From Adineta vaga (taxonomy: Eukaryota > Animalia > Rotifera), in NCBI GenBank assembly GCA_021613535.1, contig CP075493.1, positions 17,980,001 to 18,044,000 of the forward strand: a stretch of DNA of 64,000 bases, given 5' to 3'. The translations under genes and the position numbers were made by a program. The number at the start of each line of letters is the position of its first letter. The first letter of the stretch is position 1. This document shows, piece by piece, positions 1 through 15,600 of the stretch. The notes under the pieces are model-generated. The model was given only the letters and a program-made list of their open reading frames with translations, ran no database searches and had not been told where the DNA came from.

Positions 1-1229
1 TTTATAACAGTAAAAAGTAGCAATTTGACAAGTAAAAAATCCAAATTTGATTAGTAAATAATGCATGTTGTACCAACAGAAAAAAAAGATCGATCTGTAA
101 GACACACCCGAGCACGAGACGAAGAATCTAATTGAAGCCGTCTAAAATTCGAATCACTGCAGCATCAAAGCTGGTTTAGCTTTTGCTGGCCGGCCACTCT
201 TTCGTTTTTCACCGATCGGCACTGTCTTGGCTGGTGATGGTGGTCTGCAGTACTTCAAGCGAATAGCCATCCCAACAACGTGCTTGCAAACATAGTTTTT
301 CAAAAAGGCCGGGCAGTTGCATTTTGATTTCTTCCAGTCTGTATCATTCGGCATTTCTAAACACCATATATCATAGGATTTCTTGAACTGATTAAAGGTA
401 GTCCATTTTCTATTGATATATTTATTTACATCAGTTTGTGTAATATCTTGTATATCACGAGCTGGTATATAATGTTTTTGAACCATCATTCGGATAGAAG
501 ATTACATCTGTTGATGACTTGTCCATTGATATGAAGAAGTCCATAGCTTTAAACTTATCGTCGCTTCTATGACAAAAACTTTTGCATTTATTGAAGTGGA
601 ATCACGTTCTATTGACCAGTTGTGAACAATCCTTGAAGCTATTGCTAAAAATCTCGATAAGACATAACGTTCTTGGAAAGTCCCTTCATCTTTTATTGTC
701 TTGTTGGCTGTCTCCAGGATTTTGTTCGTAATCGGTGTATATAACTGGATACCTTCGTACCAACCGTTATTGGATTCAATCCATTCTTTGTCGAAATACG
801 ACAGATTTTCTTGTTTCTGGTACGTCCTCCTCTACTAAATCACTTTCGTATGAAGCACCTCGTGCAGCTTCCATCGGTTTTACTTGTTAGCACCGAGATG
901 GACGTGAAAGAAAGGATAGAAATAACGAATATGATGGCTGGATTTATAGTTGAATCTCGCGATTACAGAGAAATAAAAAAAAGTAGCCATCAGTCACTGT
1001 ACGACTTATTGCAATTTCTACAGTGATCCTTGCATATAATCTCCTAATAATGTATTTTATTTACTGATTATCAAATTAATTAACTATACAATCTCTTGAA
1101 CTACTGTTCCTTTATATTGTTTACTGACAGTTCAACTTCTTTACTGATCATTCATCCAATTAACTGATTTTGAAATATTTCATCTCACTGATCATACCAT
1201 ATTTTCTACTGATAAACTAAATCCATGCC
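1..1229 (-). mobile_element. Intronic MULE (Mutator-like) remnant with SWIM zinc-finger transposase C-terminus, truncated by the window edge
   Basis: ORF 154-489 has [14 protein letters not shown] (SWIM) and a KRKSGRP AT-hook-like tail. Same sequence as the complete copies downstream. Confidence 0.75.
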
Positions 1230-1497
1230 TAATTTAACGGGATCGAGCCGCAACAAGTTTGCTTCGATTGAAACATGAATAAGGTTCAGACAAAAAAGAA
1301 TCATGGTCCCGTCAGATCTGAATCCATCGATATCATAAACCCATACCATTGTAGTATCCACTTAACTGTATTTAACTATACGATGAATGTTGGATCAAAG
1401 GCGACAGACAATCATTTTTGCAGTGCGATCGACCATGATCATGCTTCTTCTTCTTCTTCTCATTTGTTCTTTTTCATCGTCGCCATCGTCGTCGTAG

Positions 1498-4400
1498 CAC
1501 CAGCATCCTTTGCTCAAGCTCGTATCTGGCTCGATGAACGACTTCGATTCGATCCAGACCATCCACAAGTGGCTATCTACAATATGCCTTTCGTCTATCG
1601 TCTTTCTCCACACGACACTCTCTCGATTCAACAACTTCATCATGCTCTACAACTTGTTGTCAACAAACATCCATCACTTCATACAGCACTCGTCTTTGAT
1701 TCTGACAAACATCAACTCATTCAAAGAATTCTTTCTCACAAAGATAACAACAACGACAACAGAACTCTCTTCTCCTTTACTCAAAGTACTTATGAAACAG
1801 ATGAAGAACTCCATGATATCTTACATGATGAACGAAGAAACACGCAACATTTCGATCTCGATCATGGTCTTGTCTTTCGATGTCATCTCGTACATTACAA
1901 AGAGATTATCCCATCGAATGATCTTCTTTCTCATCAACATCTTCTCATCTTTAGTTTTCATCATGCTTTGTTTGATTTTCTATCGATGAACATCTTTCTT
2001 CATGATCTCAATCAAGCATATACCACAAGTCAATTATCCACTGATGATGACTATACTACTCTTCGTTATTTCGATTGTATGTTATCCTAGCTTCTCATGT
2101 GTACTTTTCTTCTCTACCACATTTTCTTCTCTATTATATTCAGATGCTGCCATCGAACAACAACTGTCAATGACTGGTGCACAGATGTTCTGGCAGGATA
2201 CACTTCATGGTTGTCAACTCGATCAACCTCTTTCCTTACCCTATGATCGACATCGTCTTTCGAATGAACATCGAACTGGTCGTGGAACATCGATTTCCTT
2301 CGATCTTGGTCAACATCTGTCACATGACCTTGTCACTTATGCATCATCAAATCATATCGAACTAGAACATCTAGCTCTTGCAACCTACTATCTCTTCTTA
2401 TTCAAACTGACCAATGGAGAACAAGATCTATGTATTGGAATGAATACACATGGTCGATATCGAAATGAACTTCACTCAATCATTGGCATGTTTGTCAATG
2501 CTATACCAGTACGATGTCAACTAGATTCTTGTTGGTCTTTTGCTCAACTACTTGAACATATTCGATCGATGATAGTCAACTGTAGAAAATATTCATATTA
2601 TCCACTTCAACGTATTCTCTCTCAATATCCTCATCTCTCACATCCTGCATTTCTCGATACATCATTCGAATTTATCTCATCATCATCATTATCGATGGGA
2701 AAAGATGATCGAAATGAGATTATGATTGGTGATAGTCGACTTTCTCTCCTATCTTTCGTTACGAATATCAATGAAGATGAAGTGATGAACAAGTTTGATT
2801 TCATTCTCAGGATTGATCATCATCTGATGACAAATGAACTGTCATGCACCCTTTCTGCATCCAACGATTTGTTCAATGTAGAAACTATCTTCCAGATGGC
2901 ACAAAGATTTCACACAGTAGTCCAACAACTATTCATATCTGTTGATACAAGCATGAGGAAACTACTTTCTGAACAATCATTGATGTTGAACAATGAAAGA
3001 TTACTCATACAATCAATCAATCATACACAAACATCTTTTCCTCCCGTGAAGTGTATTCATCATGAGTTTGTATGTCAAGTGATAAGACATCCACAGAAAC
3101 TAGCTGTTGAACTCGATGATCAATCGTTGACATATGCTGAACTGTTGCACTATGTGCAACTATTATCGACACGTCTTCTAAGTGATTATAACATCCTTCC
3201 AGGTGAAGTGATTTGTCAATGTGTGGAGAGAAGCATATCAATGGTAAGTAGTTGATCAAAGACATGTGAATGTGAAGTAGAGATTGTTGTTGTTGTTGTT
3301 GTGTGGATGCATAGGTGATTGGAATGATGGCCATCGAAATGGTAGGTGGTGTTTATTGTCCATTATCACCTCGAGATCCTCAACATAGACTTCATGCACT
3401 CCTACAACAAACACAAGCTCGTCTAGTTCTTGTTCATTGGTTAACAGACAAGTTTCACGATGCAATGGCTTCACTTGATATTAATATCATCTCCTTTGCG
3501 AATAATATGCGTCAGGCTGTTGATGTTCATCGTTGGGATGATGTCATAGTTACTCCCAGTCATGTGGCCTATATCATTTTCACTAGTGGTTCAACTGGAA
3601 CACCCAAGGCGGTTCGTTGAATTTTAGTCAAATGACATCTATGACTGTATAATTCAATATTTCATTTCAGGTCCAAGTTCGGCATAGAAACTTCCTTGCT
3701 TGTATGCATGGTTTGAGATTGACTGATACGTTCAATACCAACGATACAGTCGTACAAATGGCACGATGTTCATTTGATGTTCATCTTCAAGAAATACTTG
3801 GTATCTTGACATGCGGAGCAACACTGGTGATGCTTCATCCTCGAGGAACTCTAGATTTAGAATATCTGTCACACATCATGCATGAGAAACAAATCACATA
3901 CCTGCATGCGGTGCCAACTTTACTCCAGAGTTTCTTCACTTTTCTCGAAAGCTCTCACATTTGTTATGTGGTGAAGTATGTTAGATCACTGTGCTGTGGC
4001 GGTGAGTGCCGAATGAATCACGTTTCTTGCTAGCTCCATTTAACTTGTTAATTCTCTGTAGGCGAACCTTTTCTCGTTCGATTCATTCACTTGGTCAATA
4101 GTGTCTGTATATCAAACTGTCTAATCTGGAACCTTTATGGTCCAGCAGAAATGACTATAGATTCTACACTTTTTCGTATAGATGTTATATCAAAACCTGC
4201 TGCTATCGCAATCGGGAAACCGCTTCCTGGCTACCAATGTATGATTCTGCATCCATATTCACAGGCATCTTTGATAAATGAAGAAGGTGAACTGTGCGTA
4301 GGAGGCGTAGGTGTGTTTGTTGGATATCTTGGACGAGATGATCTCACAGCCAAGGCACTCATCGAAATTGATGGTGAACTATTCTATCGAACAGGTGACC

Positions 4401-6660
4401 TCGTTCGAATGGATCATCAAGGTTTTCTTCATTACATTGGTCGACAAGATCATCAAGTCAAACTTCGAGGACAACGTATCGAACTAGGTGAGATCGAACA
4501 ATGTCTACTCAACATAGCATCATCCATCTCTGCATGTGTTGTCATCAAATGGAATGGTGATCATCTCGTGGCTTATGTTCAATGTTCTCATAACATACAC
4601 GAACAGCAACTGAGAGAACATTGTCAATCTCATCTTCCACCACATATGATTCCATCGTTCTTCGTCATCCTCGAACAACTACCTCTGAATGTCAATGGAA
4701 AGATCGATCGAAAACGGCTTCCTTCACCCGATGTCTCGCATCTGTCTTCATCAGCACATCATACGAATGACGACAATAATGAATTCTCACAACCAACCAA
4801 TGACATCGAACAGATCATTCATGACATGTGGTGTGATATTCTTCATCAAAAACAGATCTCCATCAGCACCAGTCTTTTCACCATCGGTGGTCATTCTCTC
4901 CTAGTCATGCAACTCTTTCATCGATACAAGATCGACTTTCATCTAGAATCGAGTTCTTCCTTTTCCATCTCTACTTTTTTTCAACATCCAACCATCAAAG
5001 AACATGCTCATCTCATTCATCAGACTCGCAACATCCACACCGAAGATGTCGATCATCATCAATGGCTCCCACTACATGTCACTCGAGGTAGTTTACATCA
5101 TGTATTTGTCTTCATCATCCACTCCCTTTTCTGTTTGTGTTCTAGCAAGAGCATCCTATGCACAGGAACGTATCTTCTTAGATGAACACATTCGTTTCTC
5201 CTCATCCACAAATACCACCCATTATCGTATTCATCATAATATCTATGTCATTCCATTATTGTATCGTCTCTCATCTTCTCATTCTCATCTTTCAATCTCA
5301 AGACTACGTTATGCACTGCATAGTCTCATCATCAGACACAACACTCTTCGAACAGCACTCTACCTAGATGATGTCGATGGTAGTATTGTACAAGAATGCT
5401 TCGATCAATCTCGCATTAGCAATGATATGATATCATGTCGATTTATTGTTCTTGATCTTCACAACAATAACGATAAGGATTGCGAGCGACAGGAGATTGT
5501 CGAGGATATACTCAATCAAGTGGATCTCTTTGATCTATCTAAAGGACATGTCATCAATTGTCATCTTCTTCTCGGACATCATCCTTCTCCAGAGGATGAT
5601 GATTTGTTGAATGAAAACGATTGGATCTTATTTACTCTCCATCATGCAGCATTTGATGGAGCATCCACATCGATCTTTCTTCGTGATCTTGCTCTTGCTT
5701 ATGATCAAGATGAGAACTTCTTGGTTGAGACTAATGCATTGCAATACATCGACTATTCTGTACATGAACATTGCATGGATATGACATTATCTCGACAATT
5801 CTGGCATGATCAACTGCAAGGATATGATCTGCAAAGTCGACTAGCATTGCCGGTTGATCGACATCGTGCTTCAGCTGATCAGCGCTCTGGACTGGCGTCA
5901 TCTATTCAAGTGACACTCGATGATGACATATGTACATCCTTTCTTCACTATGCATCATCACATCATCTCACTCTCTTTCAACTTGGCTTAGCTACATTCT
6001 ATGCATTTCTCTTTCGACTAACTCATGGTCACAGTGATCTATGTGTATCTTCGATTAATGCTAATCGATATCGAAATGAACTTGTCAATATGATAGGCAT
6101 GTTTGTGTCAACATTACCATATCGTCTTCACATCGATGATCATCAATGGTCCTTTGGTGAACTTGTCCGACATGTGCAAGAGAAATGTGTATCTATTCTA
6201 GAACATTCTCATTATCCATTACAAGAACTCTTCTCTCACTTTCATGTCAATCAATCGAATGTTGGATTTCTCGAAACGGTGTTTGATCTAATACATGTGT
6301 CTCCTGAACAAACACAGTTATCTTTGGGTGAAACAAACTTAGAACAAATATCATCAGACATATCATATCGAATGGCGAAATTTGATATCATGTTCACATT
6401 GGTTTATGATCGAACATGGCATGATGAGCGATTATCATGCAGTTTTGTCTGTTCACAAGATTTGTTTGATCAGGCATCCGTTACACTTCTAAGTCAAAGA
6501 CTAGTACACTTCTATCGGCAGCTGTTCTTATCTGATGGCGGTGGTGGTAGAATGGAGAGTTGGTCATTACCTTTATGTGATCTAGTTCTCATTCTACCGG
6601 AAGAAGCTAGAGAAATAGAAGACATTGTGTTTTGTCCACAACTACATGTGATAGATGAAG
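1498..6660 (+). CDS. NRPS unit 1 (C1-A-T-C2); exons 1498-2076, 2144-3243, 3315-3611, 3671-4001, 4062-5087, 5146-6660
   Basis: GT-AG introns of 58-71 nt restore split motifs (RYFD|YAA, TPKA|VQV, CCG|GE). Spliced length is 4848 nt = 1616 codons. A-domain code read by eye against GrsA numbering: DVQHCGLIDK. Confidence 0.9.
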
Positions 6661-9600
6661 GTATGTGTGATTGTTCGATGACTTTTGTTCAAATATGCAC
6701 ATGGATATCGGAGAAGATGCGAACTGTCTGTAGAGAAGTGTGCGAATATGTAAGAATCAACATGATACTTGAGAATGACATCTGATAAATGCTAAGAAAA
6801 CGATGATATTAATAGATTATTTGTAGAAACTTTGCTGTCTAGCGGTTTAGCAGTAATTGGACTATTTCCTCAGTTGAGTGTTGTAGAGTGACGAGCAGTT
6901 TTTACTTCTGAAACATTTTCTTTCGTATTAAGTGTAATTCATGAGAGTTTCTCTTGTCCTTTCTACTTATGCACATAAGTATAGGCTAAACATATTTCAC
7001 AAGTGTATTCGTAAGAGGAAGACTGTCTGAAATGTTTCTGTCGTCGGCTACAAGATGCTATGCGTTTGGATGAGTGTCCCTCAGTGTGAATGGGGTTACA
7101 CGCATGGAATAGACCCAGTTCGTATTTTGATGCGTTCTAGCAGGGAATTCGATTCGTTTTGCGCTTCTCTTCATGCATACAGAGGAGAACTAGTCGGTAG
7201 TTTTATCTACCTTCCTGGCTTTGTTTTCTGGTAAGAAGCGGAAATGATTTTGATCAGAGACAGAACTACTTATTATAAGATTACAAAAAACTACACATTA
7301 ATCGCAAAACCATGATAAAAATAGTCATCTACAAACGGTACAGTGTGATTCGATGAAAGCTGGTATTATATAGTGAACTGAAATAAGAAGACAGGCCAGA
7401 GACTATCTGCGTAGTGTGATGGATTAAAAGAGCGAATTGAAAAACAAAAGAAGGATATCGAGCACCAAGGATGAAAAGCCACATCTATATAGGTGATAGC
7501 AACAAGTATCTTAATATACACATTTCAGTGTAAGATGTGTTGATCATAAGTCATATGATTGTTTTGTTTCCTTGCTATCCTCAACTAAATACTTCATTGT
7601 TCCACACGCGCATTTTCCTGGATCTTTGTCTTTGTTTTCTTTCTTTCTCATTTCTATGTACACCAGTACAAACACACCTGTTCACCTCCAATCGACAATC
7701 CCTCTTCCACTTGAGCGACTAGTCTAAGACATGACATCGAACCGACAGAACATACAACATTAGAATAAAAACTTCCATCACGGAAGTTCCATGTGGCAGC
7801 TTCCTACCAACCAATCATACAATGAAAACACAAGCGAAATTCAGTTAGATACCGTCTGATTCGACACATCAGCATGAAAATATTGTGAAGTAAACTGAGA
7901 AGCAAGTAGAATTGAACGAGATCACAGTGGGTTTCATTCTTGAAAATCAGAATCGTCGGCAACACAAATGCCAAGGAATAATTTATCGGGAACAAATTTA
8001 TTGACCGGTTAAACAGATGAAATGATCAGTAATAAAATGGATAAATGATCAGTTCGAAGTTTGAATGATCGGTGCTTAGAATAGCAGTAAATAATATGAA
8101 AATGATCAGTCTATAATATGAACCATCCGTAAAGACATCATATTTATAACAGTAAAAAGTAGCAATTTGACAAGTAAAAAATCCAAATTTGATTAGTAAA
8201 TAATGCATGTTGTACCAACAGAAAAAAAAGATCGATCTGTAAGACACACCCGAGCACGAGACGAAGAATCTAATTGAAGCCGTCTAAAATTCGAATCACT
8301 GCAGCATCAAAGCTGGTTTAGCTTTTGCTGGCCGGCCACTCTTTCGTTTTTCACCGATCGGCACTGTCTTGGCTGGTGATGGTGGTCTGCAGTACTTCAA
8401 GCGAATAGCCATCCCAACAACGTGCTTGCAAACATAGTTTTTCAAAAAGGCCGGGCAGTTGCATTTTGATTTCTTCCAGTCTGTATCATTCGGCATTTCT
8501 AAACACCATATATCATAGGATTTCTTGAACTGATTAAAGGTAGTCCATTTTCTATTGATATATTTATTTACATCAGTTTGTGTAATATCTTGTATATCAC
8601 GAGCTGGTATATAATGTTTTTGAACCATCATTCGGATAGAAGATTACATCTGTTGATGACTTGTCCATTGATATGAAGAAGTCCATAGCTTTAAACTTAT
8701 CGTCGCTTCTATGACAAAAACTTTTGCATTTATTGAAGTGGAATCACGTTCTATTGACCAGTTGTGAACAATCCTTGAAGCTATTGCTAAAAATCTCGAT
8801 AAGACATAACGTTCTTGGAAAGTCCCTTCATCTTTTATTGTCTTGTTGGCTGTCTCCAGGATTTTGTTCGTAATCGGTGTATATAACTGGATACCTTCGT
8901 ACCAACCGTTATTGGATTCAATCCATTCTTTGTCGAAATACGACAGATTTTCTTGTTTCTGGTACGTCCTCCTCTACTAAATCACTTTCGTATGAAGCAC
9001 CTCGTGCAGCTTCCATCGGTTTTACTTGTTAGCACCGAGATGGACGTGAAAGAAAGGATAGAAATAACGAATATGATGGCTGGATTTATAGTTGAATCTC
9101 GCGATTACAGAGAAATAAAAAAAAGTAGCCATCAGTCACTGTACGACTTATTGCAATTTCTACAGTGATCCTTGCATATAATCTCCTAATAATGTATTTT
9201 ATTTACTGATTATCAAATTAATTAACTATACAATCTCTTGAACTACTGTTCCTTTATATTGTTTACTGACAGTTCAACTTCTTTACTGATCATTCATCCA
9301 ATTAACTGATTTTGAAATATTTCATCTCACTGATCATACCATATTTTTCTACTGATAAACTAAATCCATGCCTAATTTAACGGGATCGAGCCGCAACAAG
9401 TTTGCTTCGATTGAAACATGAATAAGGTTCAGACAAAAAAGAATCATGGTCCCGTCAGATCTGAATCCATCGATATCATAAACCCATACCATTGTAGTAT
9501 CCACTTAACTGTATTTAACTATACGATGAATGTTGGATCAAAGGCGACAGACAATCATTTTTGCAGTGCGATCGACCATGATCATGCTTCTTCTTCTTCT

Positions 9601-12600
9601 TCTTCTTCTCATTTGTTCTTTTTCATCGTCGCCATCGTCGTCGTAGCACCAGCATCCTTTGCTCAAGCTCGTATCTGGCTCGATGAACGACTTCGATTCG
9701 ATCCAGACCATCCACAAGTGGCTATCTACAATATGCCTTTCGTCTATCGTCTTTCTCCACACGACACTCTCTCGATTCAACAACTTCATCATGCTCTACA
9801 ACTTGTTGTCAACAAACATCCATCACTTCATACAGCACTCGTCTTTGATTCTGACAAACATCAACTCATTCAAAGAATTCTTTCTCACAAAGATAACAAC
9901 AACGACAACAGAACTCTCTTCTCCTTTACTCAAAGTACTTATGAAACAGATGAAGAACTCCATGATATCTTACATGATGAACGAAGAAACACGCAACATT
10001 TCGATCTCGATCATGGTCTTGTCTTTCGATGTCATCTCGTACATTACAAAGAGATTATCCCATCGAATGATCTTCTTTCTCATCAACATCTTCTCATCTT
10101 TAGTTTTCATCATGCTTTGTTTGATTTTCTATCGATGAACATCTTTCTTCATGATCTCAATCAAGCATATACCACAAGTCAATTATCCACTGATGATGAC
10201 TATACTACTCTTCGTTATTTCGATTGTATGTTATCCTAGCTTCTCATGTGTACTTTTCTTCTCTACCACATTTTCTTCTCTATTATATTCAGATGCTGCC
10301 ATCGAACAACAACTGTCAATGACTGGTGCACAGATGTTCTGGCAGGATACACTTCATGGTTGTCAACTCGATCAACCTCTTTCCTTACCCTATGATCGAC
10401 ATCGTCTTTCGAATGAACATCGAACTGGTCGTGGAACATCGATTTCCTTCGATCTTGGTCAACATCTGTCACATGACCTTGTCACTTATGCATCATCAAA
10501 TCATATCGAACTAGAACATCTAGCTCTTGCAACCTACTATCTCTTCTTATTCAAACTGACCAATGGAGAACAAGATCTATGTATTGGAATGAATACACAT
10601 GGTCGATATCGAAATGAACTTCACTCAATCATTGGCATGTTTGTCAATGCTATACCAGTACGATGTCAACTAGATTCTTGTTGGTCTTTTGCTCAACTAC
10701 TTGAACATATTCGATCGATGATAGTCAACTGTAGAAAATATTCATATTATCCACTTCAACGTATTCTCTCTCAATATCCTCATCTCTCACATCCTGCATT
10801 TCTCGATACATCATTCGAATTTATCTCATCATCATCATTATCGATGGGAAAAGATGATCGAAATGAGATTATGATTGGTGATAGTCGACTTTCTCTCCTA
10901 TCTTTCGTTACGAATATCAATGAAGATGAAGTGATGAACAAGTTTGATTTCATTCTCAGGATTGATCATCATCTGATGACAAATGAACTGTCATGCACCC
11001 TTTCTGCATCCAACGATTTGTTCAATGTAGAAACTATCTTCCAGATGGCACAAAGATTTCACACAGTAGTCCAACAACTATTCATATCTGTTGATACAAG
11101 CATGAGGAAACTACTTTCTGAACAATCATTGATGTTGAACAATGAAAGATTACTCATACAATCAATCAATCATACACAAACATCTTTTCCTCCCGTGAAG
11201 TGTATTCATCATGAGTTTGTATGTCAAGTGATAAGACATCCACAGAAACTAGCTGTTGAACTCGATGATCAATCGTTGACATATGCTGAACTGTTGCACT
11301 ATGTGCAACTATTATCGACACGTCTTCTAAGTGATTATAACATCCTTCCAGGTGAAGTGATTTGTCAATGTGTGGAGAGAAGCATATCAATGGTAAGTAG
11401 TTGATCAAAGACATGTGAATGTGAAGTAGAGATTGTTGTTGTTGTTGTTGTGGATGCATAGGTGATTGGAATGATGGCCATCGAAATGGTAGGTGGTGTT
11501 TATTGTCCATTATCACCTCGAGATCCTCAACATAGACTTCATGCACTCCTACAACAAACACAAGCTCGTCTAGTTCTTGTTCATTGGTTAACAGCAGACA
11601 AGTTTCACGATGCAATGGCTTCACTTGATATTAATATCATCTCCTTTGCGAATAATATGCGTCAGGCTGTTGATGTTCATCGTTGGGATGATGTCATAGT
11701 TACTCCCAGTCATGTGGCCTATATCATTTTCACTAGTGGTTCAACTGGAACACCCAAGGCGGTTCGTTGAATTTTAGTCAAATGACATCTATGACTGTAT
11801 AATTCAATATTTCATTTCAGGTCCAAGTTCGGCATAGAAACTTCCTTGCTTGTATGCATGGTTTGAGATTGACTGATACGTTCAATACCAACGATACAGT
11901 CGTACAAATGGCACGATGTTCATTCGATATCCATGTTCAAGAAATACTTGGTATCTTGACATGCGGAGCAACACTGGTAATGCTTCATCCTCGAGGAACT
12001 CTAGATTTAGAATATCTGTCACACATCATGCATGAGAAACAAATCACATACCTGCATGCGGTGCCAACTTTACTCCAGAGTTTCTTCGCTTTTCTCGGAC
12101 ATTCTAACGTTTGCTCTGTTCTTCAAGGTCTTCGATCACTGTGTAGTAGCGGTGGGTGAATGATAGTAAAAGTTGAGTTGCTTATTTATAGCCTATAACA
12201 TTTTGTTGCAGGTGAACCGTTTCCTCTTAGACTTGCTGACTTGGTCAAAAATGTCGGGATATCAAACTGTAATGTGTGGAATCTATACGGTCCGGCGGAG
12301 ATCACTATTGATTGTACCTTGTTTCATGCAGACGTTATTTCGAAACCTGCTGCTATCGCAATCGGGAAACCGCTTCCTGGCTACCAATGTATGATTCTGC
12401 ATCCATATTCACAGGCATCTTTGATAAATGAAGAAGGTGAACTGTGCGTAGGAGGCGTAGGTGTGTTTGTTGGATATCTTGGACGAGATGATCTCACAGC
12501 CAAGGCACTCATCGAAATTGATGGTGAACTATTCTATCGAACAGGTGACCTCGTTCGAATGGATCATCAAGGTTTTCTTCATTACATTGGTCGACAAGAT

Positions 12601-15600
12601 CATCAAGTCAAACTTCGAGGACAACGTATCGAACTAGGTGAGATCGAACAATGTCTACTCAACATAGCATCATCCATCTCTGCATGTGTTGTCATCAAAT
12701 GGAATGGTGATCATCTCGTGGCTTATGTTCAATGTTCTCATAACATACACGAACAGCAACTGAGAGAACATTGTCAATCTCATCTTCCACCACATATGAT
12801 TCCATCGTTCTTCGTCATCCTCGAACAACTACCTCTGAATGTCAATGGAAAGATCGATCGAAAACGGCTTCCTTCACCCGATGTCTCGCATCTGTCTTCA
12901 TCAGCACATCATACGAATGACGACAATAATGAATTCTCACAACCAACCAATGACATCGAACAGATCATTCATGACATGTGGTGTGATATTCTTCATCAAA
13001 AACAGATCTCCATCAGCACCAGTCTTTTCACCATCGGTGGTCATTCTCTCCTAGTCATGCAACTCTTTCATCGATACAAGATCGACTTTCATCTAGAATC
13101 GAGTTCTTCCTTTTCCATCTCTACTTTTTTTCAACATCCAACCATCAAAGAACATGCTCATCTCATTCATCAGACTCGCAACATCCACACCGAAGATGTC
13201 GATCATCATCAATGGCTCCCACTACATGTCACTCGAGGTAGTTTACATCATGTATTTGTCTTCATCATCCACTCCCTTTTCTGTTTGTGTTCTAGCAAGA
13301 GCATCCTATGCACAGGAACGTATCTTCTTAGATGAACACATTCGTTTCTCCTCATCCACAAATACCACCCATTATCGTATTCATCATAATATCTATGTCA
13401 TTCCATTATTGTATCGTCTCTCATCTTCTCATTCTCATCTTTCAATCTCAAGACTACGTTATGCACTGCATAGTCTCATCATCAGACACAACACTCTTCG
13501 AACAGCACTCTACCTAGATGATGTCGATGGTAGTATTGTACAAGAATGCTTCGATCAATCTCGCATTAGCAATGATATGATATCATGTCGATTTATTGTT
13601 CTTGATCTTCACAACAATAACGATAAGGATTGCGAGCGACAGGAGATTGTCGAGGATATACTCAATCAAGTGGATCTCTTTGATCTATCTAAAGGACATG
13701 TCATCAATTGTCATCTTCTTCTCGGACATCATCCTTCTCCAGAGGATGATGATTTGTTGAATGAAAACGATTGATCTTATTTACTCTCCATCATGCAGCA
13801 TTTGATGGAGCATCCACATCGATCTTTCTTCGTGATCTTGCTCTTGCTTATGATCAAGATGAGAACTTCTTGGTTGAGACTAATGCATTGCAATACATCG
13901 ACTATTCTGTACATGAACATTGCATGGATATGACATTATCTCGACAATTCTGGCATGATCAACTGCAAGGATATGATCTGCAAAGTCGACTAGCATTGCC
14001 GGTTGATCGACATCGTGCTTCAGCTGATCAGCGCTCTGGACTGGCGTCATCTATTCAAGTGACACTCGATGATGACATATGTACATCCTTTCTTCACTAT
14101 GCATCATCACATCATCTCACTCTCTTTCAACTTGGCTTAGCTACATTCTATGCATTTCTCTTTCGACTAACTCATGGTCACAGTGATCTATGTGTATCTT
14201 CGATTAATGCTAATCGATATCGAAATGAACTTGTCAATATGATAGGCATGTTTGTGTCAACATTACCATATCGTCTTCACATCGATGATCATCAATGGTC
14301 CTTTGGTGAACTTGTCCGACATGTGCAAGAGAAATGTGTATCTATTCTAGAACATTCTCATTATCCATTACAAGAACTCTTCTCTCACTTTCATGTCAAT
14401 CAATCGAATGTTGGATTTCTCGAAACGGTGTTTGATCTAATACATGTGTCTCCTGAACAAACACAGTTATCTTTGGGTGAAACAAACTTAGAACAAATAT
14501 CATCAGACATATCATATCGAATGGCGAAATTTGATATCATGTTCACATTGGTTTATGATCGAACATGGCATGATGAGCGATTATCATGCAGTTTTGTCTG
14601 TTCACAAGATTTGTTTGATCAGGCATCCGTTACACTTCTAAGTCAAAGACTAGTACACTTCTATCGGCAGCTGTTCTTATCTGATGGCGGTGGTGGTAGA
14701 ATGGAGAGTTGGTCATTACCTTTATGTGATCTAGTTCTCATTCTACCGGAAGAAGCTAGAGAAATAGAAGACATTGTGTTTTGTCCACAACTACATGTGA
14801 TAGATGAAGGTATGTGTGATTGTTCGATGACTTTTGTTCAAATATGCACATGGATATCGGAGAAGATGCGAACTGTCTGTAGAGAAGTGTGCGAATATGT
14901 AAGAATCAACATGATACTTGAGAATGACATCTGATAAATGCTAAGAAAACGATGATATTAATAGATTATTTGTAGAAACTTTGCTGTCTAGCGGTTTAGC
15001 AGTAATTGGACTATTTCCTCAGTTGAGTGTTGTAGAGTGACGAGCAGTTTTTACTTCTGAAACATTTTCTTTCGTATTAAGTGTAATTCATGAGAGTTTC
15101 TCTTGTCCTTTCTACTTATGCACATAAGTATAGGCTAAACATATTTCACAAGTGTATTCGTAAGAGGAAGACTGTCTGAAATGTTTCTGTCGTCGGCTAC
15201 AAGATGCTATGCGTTTGGATGAGTGTCCCTCAGTGTGAATGGGGTTACACGCATGGAATAGACCCAGTTCGTATTTTGATGCGTTCTAGCAGGGAATTCG
15301 ATTCGTTTTGCGCTTCTCTTCATGCATACAGAGGAGAACTAGTCGGTAGTTTTATCTACCTTCCTGGCTTTGTTTTCTGGTAAGAAGCGGAAATGATTTT
15401 GATCAGAGACAGAACTACTTATTATAAGATTACAAAAAACTACACATTAATCGCAAAACCATGATAAAAATAGTCATCTACAAACGGTACAGTGTGATTC
15501 GATGAAAGCTGGTATTATATAGTGAACTGAAATAAGAAGACAGGCCAGAGACTATCTGCGTAGTGTGATGGATTAAAAGAGCGAATTGAAAAACAAAAGA

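Noticed and set aside
1275-1497. MNKVQTKK... N-terminal extensions suggesting each unit is a separate gene
   Set aside because: The region is intron-like (CTT microsatellite varying in length, polypyrimidine tract, AG acceptor), and the upstream donor joins in frame.
5146-6660. C2 as an epimerization domain
   Set aside because: It lacks E-specific motifs and the preceding T has GGHSL rather than GGDSI.
6661-6785. C-terminal tails GMCDCSM... of the C2 ORFs
   Set aside because: They are read-through past the G|GTATGT donor, which is conserved even in divergent unit 3.
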